From Lenisia limosa (Eukaryota; Protista; Breviatea): a stretch of DNA of 64,000 nt. This document shows, in pieces, positions 1-15,000 of this stretch. The stretch lies in assembly GCA_001655205.1 (NCBI GenBank), contig LPNZ01007654.1, positions 1 to 64,000 on the forward strand. Reading direction: 5' to 3'. The position numbers were made by a program, and so were the translations under genes. Below the pieces are notes generated by a model that had not been told where the DNA came from, ran no database searches, and worked only from the letters and a program-made list of their open reading frames with translations. The stretch's first letter is position 1, and each line of letters opens with the position of its first letter.

Positions 1-3000
1 AACCTATGAACAAAGCAACAGAGTACTTCAGTATCTGACATGATTAGGGCTTCATTTACTATAAGTTCTGGCCATTTCGATAACACAATGAAACCACTTC
101 GATTGGTTCTCAGAACATTCGGCAATCAAGAGTGCACTCATACTGATAAAAGGGGTACTCTCATTGGCGGCAGCAAGCAGGTCGTAAACAATGGCTGATG
201 GGTACTCTTTACACACCTGTGGGGGGGGGGGGNNNNNNNNNNNNNNNNNNNNNNNNNNNNNNNNNNNNNNNNNNNNNNNNNNNNNNNNNNNNNNNNNNNN
301 NNNNNNNNNNNNNNNNNNNNNNNNNNNNGGGGAAGGAATATGGGTTCAAAAAGCGGGTGTGCAACTGACGCCAGAATTTGAGGCATCCATCTGGGGGAAA
401 TTAACGAAACCGTTCAAAACATTACATGGGCTTGACCCACCTGAGAAGGCGCCAAACAGGTACTTCATTGAGTTTTTTGACAAGCCACTTTGATTCAGTT
501 GAACCAGGCTTTATGCCAACTTCCTTGCAGCCCTGGAGAGGGGTGAATTGGGACGACAATGAAATTTAACTACATTAAATGACAGTATACAAAAATGGAG
601 TACCAGCCATGCCCACCTGTAAGATGGCTGGTAGGAGTGAGCACGCTCGATCATCAGGGTCAACAACAAGTGCTTTTATTGCCACCTTCACCATTTTCTG
701 CAAGGGGGATTAATAAAATAATAACTTCAAGCAATCTCCAAAACTAAGGTACATATTACTATCCATGCAAAATGCAAACCTTGAAAAGGCTCAGAAAAGG
801 GTCCTCATCCCTCTTTTGTCGCTTCTGTGAGCGTTGGGAGTTGGCATTGACCTCAGCACTGACTCCCCTGAAGAAGTTAATTGCGAATATGTGTCAGAGT
901 GTCATTGAGACGTGTCGGTCAATTATCGTACGAGTGGATATGAGGTATCATATCACTGCGTGGATAATAATAGTTCACACATGTAAAAATGATTCAAAAA
1001 GTGATAATGATAGCACATTACAACAAAGTATACATTACCCAATCATATCGTATGATATCATATCTGCTACTGCAATGTAGAAAGAAGACACCAAAAGGAG
1101 TAGCAGTGAACGATCTCACTTTGGGAAGACAGTGAGGCATCGGTCCAGGTTGTCAGCAATCTCAGTCACAGCGCCAACACCGTCCTGCACATTTAGAGTT
1201 AAAGTTGTTGGGAATGTTGGGAGAGGTTCATATGGGATACATACACTATGTATAGTGGGAATTTAGGGTGGGAACATAGTAGGGTATCGAATATTGTCTC
1301 AAATACACGGGGTGAGAATTGAGTGGGAATCAGAAGAGAAAAGTCAAACAGAAGGTAAATAAGCCAATATGATGGAAGCTTGTCTTAGAAATCAATCACC
1401 AGTATATTCTCAAGAACGAAACCGTCATTGTCCGACCTTGGCAGGATCCCAGTGGATCATGGCGGACGTTGAGGCCTTCATTGCCACCTGCAGAATGGTG
1501 GTCTTGATGTGGTCTGATGATGGAGGGCAAGACTGGAGGGGTGACTAGGACGGGTTTATGAAAAACCCACAACCAAACTCAACTCAACTCCCCGAGAGAC
1601 AAGCCTCCCCCCCCCCATTTCAACAACAGCCATCATCCCACTAAGGCAAGGGCCATTCGATTGAGGTCCTTATCGGTCACTGGTTCATTCTGGATGGTCT
1701 GTGCGATGCAAACACCAAGGCGGCCAATTGAGCGGTACAACTGAAAGGACGTTTAGAGGGCTAATGAAAGGACGTTACATCGCAAATGATGAGACCGCTG
1801 GAGGGCTAATGAAAGCGTACTAATGAGATATGGGGCTTGTACGTATCGTCGGTCGCGTATCTCTCCATTTCCTGCTTGAGAGAGGCGAAGTCCTGAGCCA
1901 TTTGCCCTGAGTTTCCGTCATGGATAGAGGCGGATACGTTCATCTAAAGGGCACGTTAGTGGACGGTGACGGTAACAATTCTCACGTGGAAGAGCTCCAT
2001 TTGCAGTTCTGGCGAATCGAAAGCCTGAATGGTGTCAGTAATAGTAAGGAATACAGATAGAGGGTAAAGTCATCTAGATACATGAACAGTCCCATAGCCT
2101 GATACTCAATGAAAGGTAGCCTCTCACTTCAGGTTTATGGGTCTTCCAGAAGTTGACTGTAGAGAACTGCCGCGTTCGAGCCATATGGCACATAATCTGC
2201 GACACTTGCGTTTGGAGATACTATGGTGTGATTGTTCATCACAAGGGGTGCACCACGATCAAAGATCCATGACCCCTCCCCCCCCACATCAACCATGGCA
2301 TCTGTGACTCTCTTGGTAGACTCTTCCGGTACCAATGAAGGGAGGGACTGTGCAAGGAGGTTTCGCCTTGTGTTGCTCCACCACCATTCTAAACGCTTAT
2401 TATACCCCCGTTTGAGAAACAAAAGACTAGACTGACATATAGCCCTACTTCGAGCATACCCTCCAATCCCGAGGACTCCGAAGGCAGCCTCTGCTTCCAG
2501 GCGTTGGTAATACGCGTCAGAGATTTGAAGTCATGCCTGTTGTAGAACACGATCGAGGCAAACTGCCAAGGATGAGGGGATTGCATGAAGACTATTGATA
2601 CAGAAGCCCAAAGAAGCAACCCACATCATTGACATCAGAGATGGAAGGAAGTGTTCTTAGAATGTCAAGTTTTTGGATGTTGGACGATGCTAAAGGCCAA
2701 AGCTCCCCAACCTGAAAGTAAATACTGCCTGAATAACGAAAAAGCACAAAACTTCGGAAAATGAAAGTGGGGGTGCAGCGAAAGGAACTTTCACCTACTC
2801 TTTTCCTAGTTTCCACGAGAGCAGGCTGTATTGCTGAAGTTTCATGGTCCTCCTCTGTTGCACAGACTGTGAGCACAAGCTAAAGGACAAATCAACATAG
2901 GAAATGATTACAATAGTCTCAGCATAAAGCAAGCCGAGCACCCAGTATTCATGTTGAGAAAAAACGATACTCAATGAGCTGTAGATAAGTGCAAACCTTT

Positions 3001-6000
3001 TCACCAAGGTACGAGTCCTTGAAGAGATTATCTGCGGTGCATTGCTCCAGATAGCTCTACAGGCCAGTAAACAGTAAAAGTGGTGGACGCTTACAGCCAA
3101 ATCGAAGAGTCTGTCCTTATTGGAAGAAGCCTCATGGAGGGCAGTACGAACGTGGATGTCTCGAAGGAAAGCGTTGTCATTGAGGGTGCTTTCATCATCT
3201 TGAATTTGCCTGAGAGGTCAACACAGTAATAGAGATACCTCACACCCCACAAACGTGTTGAGGAATCCTGAAATTGACGTCCAGTCACCTAGAGGGTAAA
3301 TCGGCAAGAGACCCGAACCAACCTAGTTTCGACAAGCTGGAGAGATAGGCATCCTCCATTTGGAACCCCAACAGTACTTCGGGGTCCTTGACCAGTTATT
3401 GCACCATAATAAAGACCAGCTGTTGTAAGAAGATAAAGACAGTTACTATTCCACAAAAACAAGGCAACCTAACATGCAAGCGTACCTTCTCATCAAGTTC
3501 CATTTGGCTGTCATTACTCTAAAGATTCAGACTAGTTCATTAATTGAAAGAGCCCTTCCCCGCAACGCTGTGCTATACACCAAAAATGCCCATCTTCAAG
3601 GTAATCCACCCAAAATGCCCACCTTCAAGGTCTCGCTCGCTTCCTTGAAGGCCGCAGCGCTTCGAACCCAGTCGTTGTTTGTCTCGGCAGTACGAGCGTC
3701 TTGGATAAGAACGCTGATTTCAGGCTAGAGAGTCAAAAGGGTAGTGGGAATAGCTTGGATCACAATATGAGGAAAACGAGAACGCTTGTATTGGGAAATT
3801 AAACACACCAATAGCCTCCCAACCTTGAGTAGTTTTTTGGCTGCCATGGCGTCCACAGAACCTAAGGGTCAAATCATGCTGAAAAAAAAAAAAAGTACAA
3901 ATGGCATCCACCCACCCCTTAGGCTCTCCACATCATCGCGGCATTTGTGGAGCCGTCCGAGCCCGATCCAAGCTTCAAGCTCCTCATGGCCACTCAGTCC
4001 TACATCGGTCAGATAAGGAACCATCAACATAACATGGGTATGTAGGGCATGTTGGGTTACCTTTGCAGATCTTTTCTTCGAGAAGCGCAATGCCACATGA
4101 AACATGACCGGAACTGTCGCGGTCAATGAAGAGTGAAAAAAGAAGCACACACCATACGTATTGTTGTTTATGGTAATAAATGGGTGTCTTTTCATTTGCC
4201 TTTGTGAAATATGCAGCAATAATAGTAATCAAATTGACAATTCCAATATATGCATGCATCCTTCCAGAAACACTAAATTGTCCCCCTCCATTCACAATTC
4301 TTATCAGACTTTCAAGAAATAGATCCCCCCCCCACGCGGCGGCCGCGTCAACAATAATGTCGAAGCTGAGGGAGTTCGAAAGAAGAGGCAGTGACGTGGC
4401 AGTGTTGAAGACTGGGCCAACCAGCGTGTGTACCTTGGTGCTGCGGGGGGATTAATGCTTGTACTAAATAGTGACATTCCTAAGAGCTGACTGGTAAGAA
4501 ACAGATAACTTATATAGTATACATGTACACGTGTATGTACATACTCCATGTTGTTTTTGATATATGCATATATACATGTATATATACTGTGTACATACAT
4601 GTATATATACACATAGTATTATATCATCATATAGTATATAATAAACTCCGTTCCCTGAAGCGAATATGGAAGACAGCAGGTACCTTGAAGGGACACAGAG
4701 GGCCTGCTGAATGACGCTGAACAGCTCCTTTCGGAACGCATGTGTCTCGTTGTCGAGAGTGGCCTTCGTAAGGTCCCGTTTGTGCTTAATAATCTCCGGG
4801 GTGTCTTGAACTATTGTCTGCGTGAAGGGGTTAGTGCAAAATACTTTTGGGGGACATTACACAAGGCATGGCATTTTTGCCCACCTTGAGGATTGCCGAG
4901 AACACGGGGTTGGCCACGTCGGTAGAGAACGCCACGAGCGCGCAAAGTGGGCGTAACACGTCATGGTTGGGAATCTGGATATCAGGAAGCTCTCCTTCGC
5001 GATACCTGGGGGGGGGGGGNNNNNNNNNNNNNNNNNNNNNNNNNNNNNNNNNNNNNNNNNNNNNNNNNNNNNNNNNNNNNNNNNNNNNNNNNNNNNNNNN
5101 NNNNNNNNNNNNNNNNNNNNNNNNNNNNNNNNNNNNNNNNNNNNNNNNNNNNNNNNNNNNNNNNNNNNNNNNNNNNNNNNNNNNNNNNNNNNNNNNNNNN
5201 NNNNNNNNNNNNNNNNNNNNNNNNNNNNACATCCTCCCCAGACTTCCTATGTAGCTGCACACGGTGTGCCCTATCTTCAGTTCGTCTCTTCTGATACTCC
5301 TCCTTCCGCCGCATGTACTGCGCCTGCTTGGTTAACTCTGAACTTGGAACGTCACATCCATGTTAGTCCAACCTTGGCCAACAACACATCCATGTAAGTC
5401 TAACCTGTTTCCTTGAGTAGAGTCGGGCAGAGTCGCCTTGGGGTCCAGCATAGAATCGCGATGGTGGCTTGAAGTCCTCAGTTTCGGGCTCCTGGGGGGA
5501 GGGGGTAAATTGAAAGTGGAAAAAAAAAACCCAGCAAATCCCAAGAGTAACGACTACTAATTGTTGGACACCCACTTTTTGTTCCATGATTTCAGCCGCG
5601 GGTCTATTGGGTGCCTGCATCTTCTCCGATTTCACACCTCGGTTCTGGGCTTTTGCCTGAGGGGGGGGGGTGAGGACTAATGCTTCTCTGATTTGCTACT
5701 GCCATGCTAAGGGCAAATACCAAGAATAGACCGCCAACTGTGTTTTGTTTCTTCTTCAGCTTCTTGCGTTGGTAGATTCCTAAACAATAAAGGTCCGTGG
5801 TGAACATGAACAATGTAGCAGATCCCTAAACAATAAAGGTCGGTGGTGAACAATGTGGTAGATTCCTAAACAATAAAGGTCCGTGGTGAACATGAACAGT
5901 GTGGTAGATTCCTAAACAATAAAGGTCCGTGGTGAACATGAACAGTGTGGTAGATTATTAACAGTGTAGTTCGTGCATTGAACAACATCAGCTATTAACC

Positions 6001-9000
6001 CGCAAAAATGCACATAGCCTGAGCCTGGTTAGCCAGTTCTCGAGGGGGAAGGCGCCCGCAATATTTATGGTGATTTGTTTATGGTATCCCTCTCTTATGT
6101 TTCCCAGATATATTTCAGATCATATGTTTCCCAGATTTATTTCAGATCTTATGTTTTTCTTGCCCCCCAACCGAAGGCGCCTGCACCAATCTGGCTCATA
6201 CCACCAGACTTGAGGGTGAACACATCCGAAGAATCCTCCATTGTTTGCGTCATTTGGAACTTCATCTCCTGCAGGTTAGCTAGCGTGACGATCCCATACC
6301 ATTGTTGCCAGAACCATGTTGGGGGGAAGAGCGTCGTCCTCGTTGACATCTTGCGTATACTGCGAAGCGAAGGAGTATTGACTTTGCTGGGGGGGAGAGG
6401 GGATAAGTCATTCTTAAGATAGTTAGAAAACAAAGAAAACAGGCAATAGTGTTGAATGTTTATCCTTACTTGAGTGGGGGTGAAGAGGGGCGTGAGAGTG
6501 GGACGTGGTGCCCATCCCGAGTCAACGTTGAATGCCGAGAACTGAACAGTGTGGTCTAAGGCCTCGGAACTGATGTTCTCCTACATTGGTTAGACATCAG
6601 AAGGAAACACTAGTGTTGAAAGAAAGACAGCCCCGATCATGACCATTGGCATGGGTGAACACCGCAAGGTTAAAAGGGGACTGAAAAGCACCATCAGGAA
6701 TACTGAGTCATGCTTATCTTATATAGCAATGAGAAATAAAAAATAAGGTTGTATCTGGCCATCACGCTTATAAGAGATATTGAATTATAGGATAGTAATA
6801 ATTCACCAATCATTTGCCTCCAGCTCTGTGCACATAGCTCAGCGTGCCTCCACAGCATTCTTACCTTGTAGTTGGCACTGTGTTTAGTGAGGTCCAAGAC
6901 CAGCGCAGTGATATCTCGTACGGCCGATTCCGGTCGATGTTTTAGAATATTGATGAGGCTCTAAGAGGTGAAACAGGCACGTCAATGTAGCAAGAGAATC
7001 CACTTCTAAGAGTTGTGTACCTTGAATCTCAGGTTGAAAGACTCGTGGAATCGGGTTTTGTCCGTGAGGAACTTGCGCACCTGTATTATGAGGGTTAGAA
7101 CGTGAGCAGAAAATAAGCAGTTGCACAAAAACCAGTGGAAGTACTCACGTTAGTTCGTATCTCTTGGTCCCCGTCAACAAGCCTGTCGAAGAGGGACGAT
7201 ATCACCTGCTCTCCAACTTCCATCTAGACGCAATTTAGATGCTTGAGAAAAGACCAAGTTCAATAACAGATCACGAGTCTCTCACCTTGAGAGTTTTCTG
7301 ATCATAAACAACTTCCAGAAACGCGATTGCATCTCTGCGACACTTCACTATGGGACTATTGTTGGCAAAGTCGCAGATGGAAGGTATTACTCGTTCACAC
7401 TGAATGTGTCAAAATGGAGGATTGAAAAGATTAAGAGGAGGATTGAAAGATTGAAAGATTGAAAAGATTAAGAGTAGGATTGAAAAGATTGATAAGATTA
7501 AGAGGAGGATTGAAAAGATTGACAAGGCAACAGACCTGTTCGTTTGAAAGGTCATTTACAACAGACGAGAGCACCAAACATGCATGTTGCTGAAGGGACG
7601 GATCACTCGACATTTCAAGGTATCGCTTGAGGTCACCAAGCACGGTGGCCACCTAAAGCGTTTGGACAAGCGCTTATTAACGATAGACGATGCATTAGGC
7701 AGACGTCATTAGGCATCTTCTTACTATTCGTTTCTCAAATTCATAGCGGCGTAATCGTCATACACAAGTAGGATGCGAAGCACAAAAAGAGATAGACCCC
7801 TACGTACGACTTTTGCCGATTCTCCACGCTGTTTGTCAGTCCAGTGTGGGTGAATGAAGATTTCCTGACGCGCAGCCGCCTCATGCGCTGACGCGCAGAT
7901 CGTAATCACCTGGCATGTGAATAGGGTTTTCTGGGGTTATACAGGGGGTAAAAATATGGGGGGGGGGGGGNNNNNNNNNNNNNNNNNNNNNNNNNNNNNN
8001 NNNNNNNNNNNNNNNNNNNNNNNNNNNNNNNNNNNTGTCTGAGGGAGAGAATAATGGATGGTAGCATGGCAACGACCTGGCACCGTAACTTTCAATGCTA
8101 GCAACTCTCTAAAACAAAACACAAAAAATGAATTTCACAATTATGCATCGATAATTCCACAATAAATACCGATATATCCCCTTTTCACGCAATACACCGA
8201 ACTCACCTTAGACAGCCAAGGCACTGCCACTGACGGGAACTTCTGCCCGGCAATAAGCAGCAGCTGTAATCCCCTTGCTGGTGCTCCCTCGAAAAAGGCC
8301 TTTTCAACCTGGTCTTTGATAAGAAGGCAAGGGCCATGATTCTCAGTCTATCCCAGCTCAATACCCCCCCACGGCCTTATAGAAACCGTCAAAAAACGGT
8401 ACAATGACGTGTTTAGCGAGGTAGGTGTTGTCCTTGTTCGTGACTTCAAGCTTGCGCATTACTAGGGCCGTAGCTAGGATATCAGGGTGAGCTTCACTGC
8501 CCAAAAAATCATAATAAACACTTACATCTAGTGCTTCACTTCGGTTCGAAAAAAGACTGAATTTTTCGATAAATCCTCGAAAACTATCGATATTTTACCG
8601 GTATTTTCCGAACCAAAGTGAAGCCCTACTTGCCCTGAATCCCCCCTCACCCAAGGCAGCCTGAATCCCCCTCACCCAAGGCAGCCTGTCCATGGACCTT
8701 CTTCTGGGGGGCGCTGAGACACTCCAACAGGACGTTTCGCTGAACAGAATCGCTTACAAACTCATCGGGTACGTCTCCTGTGATGTGTGTAAGTTGAGGG
8801 GGGGGGGGGTAAATTGGAAAATTTATNNNNNNNNNNNNNNNNNNNNNNNNNNNNNNNNNNNNNNNNNNNNNCGCCGAAGCTTCCATTGCCCATTGCTACC
8901 TACCAGCCCATATTCCAGCTGCAAGCAGATTGATGGCCAAATTTCGCTCTCGTGGACCTGAGCAATTATACGACAAGGGTGTGCGTTTGCTGTTTGATTA

Positions 9001-12000
9001 TAAACCCAGGACAACAGAGCACTGTGCAATTAGGGTTCAAACCCAGGACAACAGAGCACTCTGCAATTAGGGTTCAAACCCAAGACAACAGAGCACTCTG
9101 CAATTAGGGTTCAAAAACAACATTACATGGATAATCTAAACGCGGACCACCACAATCACAAGACCCGTCACCCCTCCCCTCCCACTATCTCTATGTCCAT
9201 TGACAAGCTGGAGCAACTTGTTCTGAAAAGTGAATGTGAAAACAAAGAAGACACGACAACATATACAGTTCCAATGGTCGCATACAATTGGAAGAGGTAC
9301 CGATTTGCCCCATGTTTGAAGGGCCTTTTCAATGAGCGTGAAGTTGCTGCGGTTTACATTAGAGTTGGCAGTGATTGCGTTGCTGAAAAGATACTCCTGC
9401 GGGGTCAGCATGGAAGAGTAATCCCACTAGCAAGGGGGAAAAGCGGAAGGCATCCCACCAGCAATCCTTTAGCACTGTCCATATCACGGTAGTCTAAGAC
9501 GGTGTTGCACTGCCACTCATAGAACAAAACGTTGAGAACGTCTCTAGCCAGGTAGTGGAGCGGTTCTGACTCAGTTTGACGGACCAAATTGGCCAAATGC
9601 TACGAGGGGGATTATAGTTCACCAAATATAAACGAAAAAATGAATTTTGGTAGAAAAAGAGTTTGAGTTCCTCTCATCAACAAACATGTACAAGAAGGAC
9701 GCATAAGATGACCACCCACAGGAAACCAGAGTTTGGCGTAGGGCTTGAAGTACTCCGAGAGCTTGACAATGATGTTGGCGATAAACCATTTGGTGTCAGT
9801 CGTACATGCATTCCTGAGCTGTGAGCACAAAGAACTACTTGCTCAGACCCCCTATCCTCTCGACACCCTCCCCACTCTTTCTCAAACATGCCGTAGAACT
9901 GCTGGTGCCATAAGGGCATTTTCATTCCGCCATACTCAACCTCAGCTTGAAGTCCTGAGGAGGAGGAGAGGATAAGATTTCTGCTGGAACAACACAACAT
10001 GGAGGCAAGCCAAACACCAGATAGCAACATGGAGGCAAGCCAAACACCAGATAGCAACATGGAGGCAAGCCAAACACCAGATAGTAATTAGGGCTTCCCT
10101 ATGGTCCCAAAAAGACGGAATTTCTCGATAAATCTAAAAAGAAATATCGATATTTTAACGGTCTTTGTTGGACCGTAGGGAAGCCCTACACATAATGCCA
10201 AGTGGTATGAAACAAAAAGGGTAAAGAGAATAAATCCCCCTACTGTCGGCCATGCCATCAAGATTTCGGTTGTCAATGGTCCCTGCAAAGTCATTGGGCA
10301 CTTATGACTCTATAACCGAAGAGACTGCCCATATAATCATGCTGGGAGACAGCACACTTCACCCAGGAGCCTACGTTCCATTGTGTACGTGAGGTAGCGC
10401 TTCAGCAGCTTGACAAAGGCAAGGAACACGGGCGTGTCAGTGAGGGGGGTCGATTCAACTTCAGGAATAGCTATAAAGATTAGCTCTGCTAATGAATTTA
10501 ACATTGTCTATCCACCCATTTCATTTCATCTACCCCCCATTACCTATGGCCGCTTCGATCTCGGGGTTGGCCACGTTGATGCTTTGCTCCACTGGTGGCT
10601 GTGGGGTAACAGTAAATATGAGGTGACATGGGGGGGGGGGGNNNNNNNNNNNNNNNNNNNNNNNNNNNNNNNNNNNNNNNNNNNNNNNNNNNNNNNNNNN
10701 NNNNNNNNNNNNNNNNNNNNNNNNNNNNNNNNNNNNNNNNNNNNNNNNACAACGATACCAATGGAGCCTAACCAATCGGAAGCGCCACGAATGAAACGTC
10801 CAAGCTCCCTTCCTACCAAAGGTGCCTGATCCAGTCTGTCGTACGCGGCAAGGTCCATTGTGTTCTGCGTTCCCAGTGACGGAGCAACACTCTGCCACAA
10901 TCAGATTAACAACAATCAAAACAGAGAGAGGCGTATATGATACGTATCATATCATATCAACTGTATTATACGCATATCATATTCATCTGACCATTGTCGA
11001 ACCCTCACCTGTGACTGACTATGGAAGAACGACGATTGTACTGCAGCAGTAGCGAGAGAACTCGAGGACAAGTAGCTGGAGGACAAGAGAGATCGGCTTC
11101 TAAGGTGCCAGTTAATTCGAGAATATGTTCTTTGCTTCGATGAAAGAAAACTCCCATTCAATGGAAAGAACAGGAGCTTACTTTTGGCCCTTCCAAGCCT
11201 CAACTTCCACCCTCTGGCCATTTTTGGTGGTTACCTTTGAGAAGCTTGTCATGACTTCAAACTAAAGTGTAAGTCAAGCGCTGTGATAAGACTGTGTTTA
11301 AGTACCTTGTGCTTGATATTCTTGTCAATGCAATTTGAGAGAACAAGCTGGGTGTGCACAAGAAGACGACTGAAGAGAATAAGAAAACCACCCAAAAAGT
11401 CCTTATCGTTGAATAACAACTGAGAGAATCCTAAAAAGAAGGCCGAATACCCCTCTTCTGCTCCTACTTTTCAAACACGCTTGCTTTGGCTTGTGTGGTA
11501 ACAGCGATGGCAGCCCCTGCAGCAAAAGCGGCAGCTCTGTAGTCAACAGTAATCTGTCATAATTAGTCTCTACTCTGTATTGAAGAAAAGAAAGGAACGC
11601 ATGAGAGTGACTTTTAAGTAACCATCATGTCGCACCTTGTAGTCCTTCTCCTCCGGTCTGACGATTGGCTGGATGTCCTTCTTGCCCTGAATAACGGTCC
11701 GCACTTGGTTGAGACAAGCCGCGTTGATAGACTTCACGAGCTTCTCGTTCGACGGATTCTTATCTAGAGTGTCAGATCAAGACCTTCATCATCTTGGTTG
11801 CCAATGTAAACATTGAGCCGTGTTATGACAGAGACCTACATCCTTTGAAGAAAGCCTTGCTAAGGGAGTTGTCTGCAAGGAACAGGCTGGCATTAATCCG
11901 TGAATACATCACTTCAATGAGCATGAAGGCACACTATAGGGGGGGGGGGTCAACTGAGGATATGGAAGCGGAGAACAGTTGAAGTATTGAGCACTTTCAG

Positions 12001-15000
12001 TTCCAATAAAACCGAACATTGAATATACATATCATATACTGTCATATCTGGGAATTTTGATAATATCAAGACCATAGTGACCCCTTACAGTTCTGTCAGT
12101 GAGTAGAGAAGTCATCCGGTGGTTGAATCGACGGGGAAGAGGCTCAGGTATCTGCAAACAGTAAGAGGCGAATAAATGGAAGAAGGAGCAATCCAATCCA
12201 GACAGGCATCGAACCTCAAGAAGCCTGGCCACGTTCTCGACCTTTTGCTCGAAGATACTGTAGCAGTCGTCCCGACTTAGAGACTCGAACAAGGGGACGC
12301 AAATCTGTCAGGGTATTAGCTGCTGACTTTGGAGAATGGCCTTGTTAAAAGTGGTAAAGAGCATGGATTGTTAATGTTCAAGACAGTGTCATCACCGGCA
12401 ATTACACCACCAACCGATTTCATGACGAACATTCTGGTGTGGTCCGGGAGTTCGGCTCGGTTAGCAAGGAGGTCAAGACAATGCACAACGATTCTCTGGC
12501 TGGCCTGGCGATTATCAGCCGCAGAGGCGACAAAAGCTCTCAACGCGGACGTAATGGCAGCTGGGGGGGGGGNNNNNNNNNNNNNNNNNNNNNNNNNNNN
12601 NNNNNNNNNNNNNNNNNNNNNNNNNNNNNNNNNNNNTATACGGCTCCGAAATTTGACTCAACTGCATCGAATCCCTGACAGAATATAACCAAAGGGTATT
12701 GTGAGAATATCGGAGAACACGTCAAAGAAACCCACCCGAATGAACATGGTTTTCCTCTCTGAAGAGGGGCAGTGTGTTGTTGAGCATCAGTAGGACGGCT
12801 CTAAATGCGTGAAGTTAAGGGATACTGGACCAAAAAAGGGAAGTTCTCACCCAACTCACCCTTCAGCTTGAACTGAGGCGACGCAATTGCGGAAAACGTT
12901 AAGGAAGTCATCAAGAGCATCAATAAACGCAGAGTGCTGAAGCATCAAAAAGTAACCAATATCTGCGGCCGGGACTTTGTTCCCTTACTGTCACTCTATT
13001 GCAATTCCTCCCCCCTCAACCCAAAAAATTGAAACAAAAAAAAAATAATAATAAGTTTAATGATAGTTTTATTTCAGTAAAAAAGGAACGTGAACAACGA
13101 TAGCAAAAAAATGAGTATTCATTTGCAATATCGTAAATAGGTAAAGAGACTAGTTCAGTTCATCGGATATTTGATTCACAAAACAATTCCTCTTTTGAAA
13201 TTTTTGAGCCCACCCTCCTCATCCCAGGTCAATTCCTAAACTAGGCTCTTTATGTTTCTTCAATATGCAATAGGCCTCCATGAAGGGTAGGTGTTCTGGG
13301 GTTTTCAAGCCCCAAACACAATCGTCTGACATGGTTGTCCTCCTGACACTGCAATCCCGGTTCCCAAATATACCAGACTCGCAATCTCCATAATATTCAT
13401 ATGGAATAAGAAATGAGTATTGAAAGGTTTTCTCAATCAGTCAACAAATAATCCATCCCTTACACTTTCACACACAATAGCGATACTCCCACTTACCTAA
13501 AATATTAGAGGAATACGAGAAATTCATAAAATAAGTTACATATTTTGAGATAGTAACATGCTATCAGTTACATAACCTCGAACTACTGTGAAATAAAAAG
13601 TATAAAAAAAAACACCGTCCTTCCACCCCATGCTGAATTGCACCGACACACTCTCATGGCATCGTCATTGTCAAGGTACTCCCGAGAGCTCGCAGGGAAT
13701 GTGGACAGGGAGAACTTTTTCAGCGCTTCATCAAGTTTAGAGAGCTGAGTAGGGGTGAGATTGAAGAGCTGGGTTGGCGGTTTTATCCACCAAAAGCAAA
13801 ACAGCGCATTGATTAACTCACATCAGACTTGGACAGTTTGGAGTAAGCCAGAAGAGGAGGGAGCAGGCTGAGAGCCATGGATTTGAAGGGGAGGGAGTGC
13901 TTTCCACTGGGGGGGGGGAGTAAAACGAAGGAAATTTCATGAAACAAGCAATAACAAACAGGGAGGTGGATAATTTATGAAACAAGAAAAGCCTAAAACA
14001 ACTCTGTTGGCTGACAACACNNNNNNNNNNNNNNNNNNNNNNNNNNNNNNNNNNNNNNNNNNNNNNNNNNNNNNNNNNNNNNNNNNNNNNNNNNNNNNNN
14101 NNNNNNNNNNNNNNNNNNNNNNNNNNNNNNNNNNNNNNNNNNNNNNNNNNNNNNNNNNNNNNNNNNNNNNNNNNNNNNNNNNNNNNNNNNNNNNNNNNNN
14201 NNNNNNNNTTCACAGAGGGCAGTAATAATGGGGGCAACTGCGTTTTCCATTGAATCTCCATCATCGAAATACCTACGTGCATTAAAATAGTAATATGAGA
14301 AGCTGAGATATAAAAACAATTGCTTTGTTTCTGCATTCCCCAGGGATCACGATGATCAACAACTTTAACCCTGATACCCCTGAGCCGCATTGAGAGTTCC
14401 AAGCTTGAGTGCTGATTGGAATATTGCCATCACTGCCCGGCCCGGGCTTTCGAACCGATGATCCTGGGGGGGGGGTACTATCATTTGCATAGTGAAGAGC
14501 ATATCACTTGAATAATGAAGAGCATATCACTTGAATAATGAAGAGCATATCGTACTACACCTTAGATAACGGAGATAAACAAGAAAAATAGGGAGGCAAT
14601 ACTTTTACTGAATAAAGATGTGTGTGTCTCCATATTTAAGAAAATGAACAAACTTTATCCATCACAAACCATCACAAACAGTACACTATACCAGCTCCCT
14701 TCACTGCCTTACAGAGTCTGTCAGGCGTTGAGCCGTCCGCGTAATTCCTGATGCCCATTGTACAATCGAGGCCGATGACTGCGGTGTAAAATTAAAATGT
14801 GCTCAAGGTGTGAAATCAAAATGTGTTCAAGCTTTGTTATTCAGGTACAAAACGCCCCTCCTACCGAAAGGACGTAAGCAGCCATTTTCTCCCGAACATG
14901 TTTTTCCTCTTGCATGGCCTTCCGAAGCGCCGAATTCAGAATCTCAATGACAAGGGTTGGATGCTGTATTCGTCAAAACGACAAACATGGAAGTAGGGTT

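Noticed and set aside
13020-13620. AT-rich ~600 bp stretch inside PRKDC as a possible inserted element
   Set aside because: No terminal repeats or recognisable ORF; it may simply contain unresolved small exons.
14435-14465. GGTTCGAAAGCCC (minus strand) resembling a tRNA T-loop
   Set aside because: It lies in an open PRKDC exon (DHRFESPGRAV), with no D-arm or acceptor stem.
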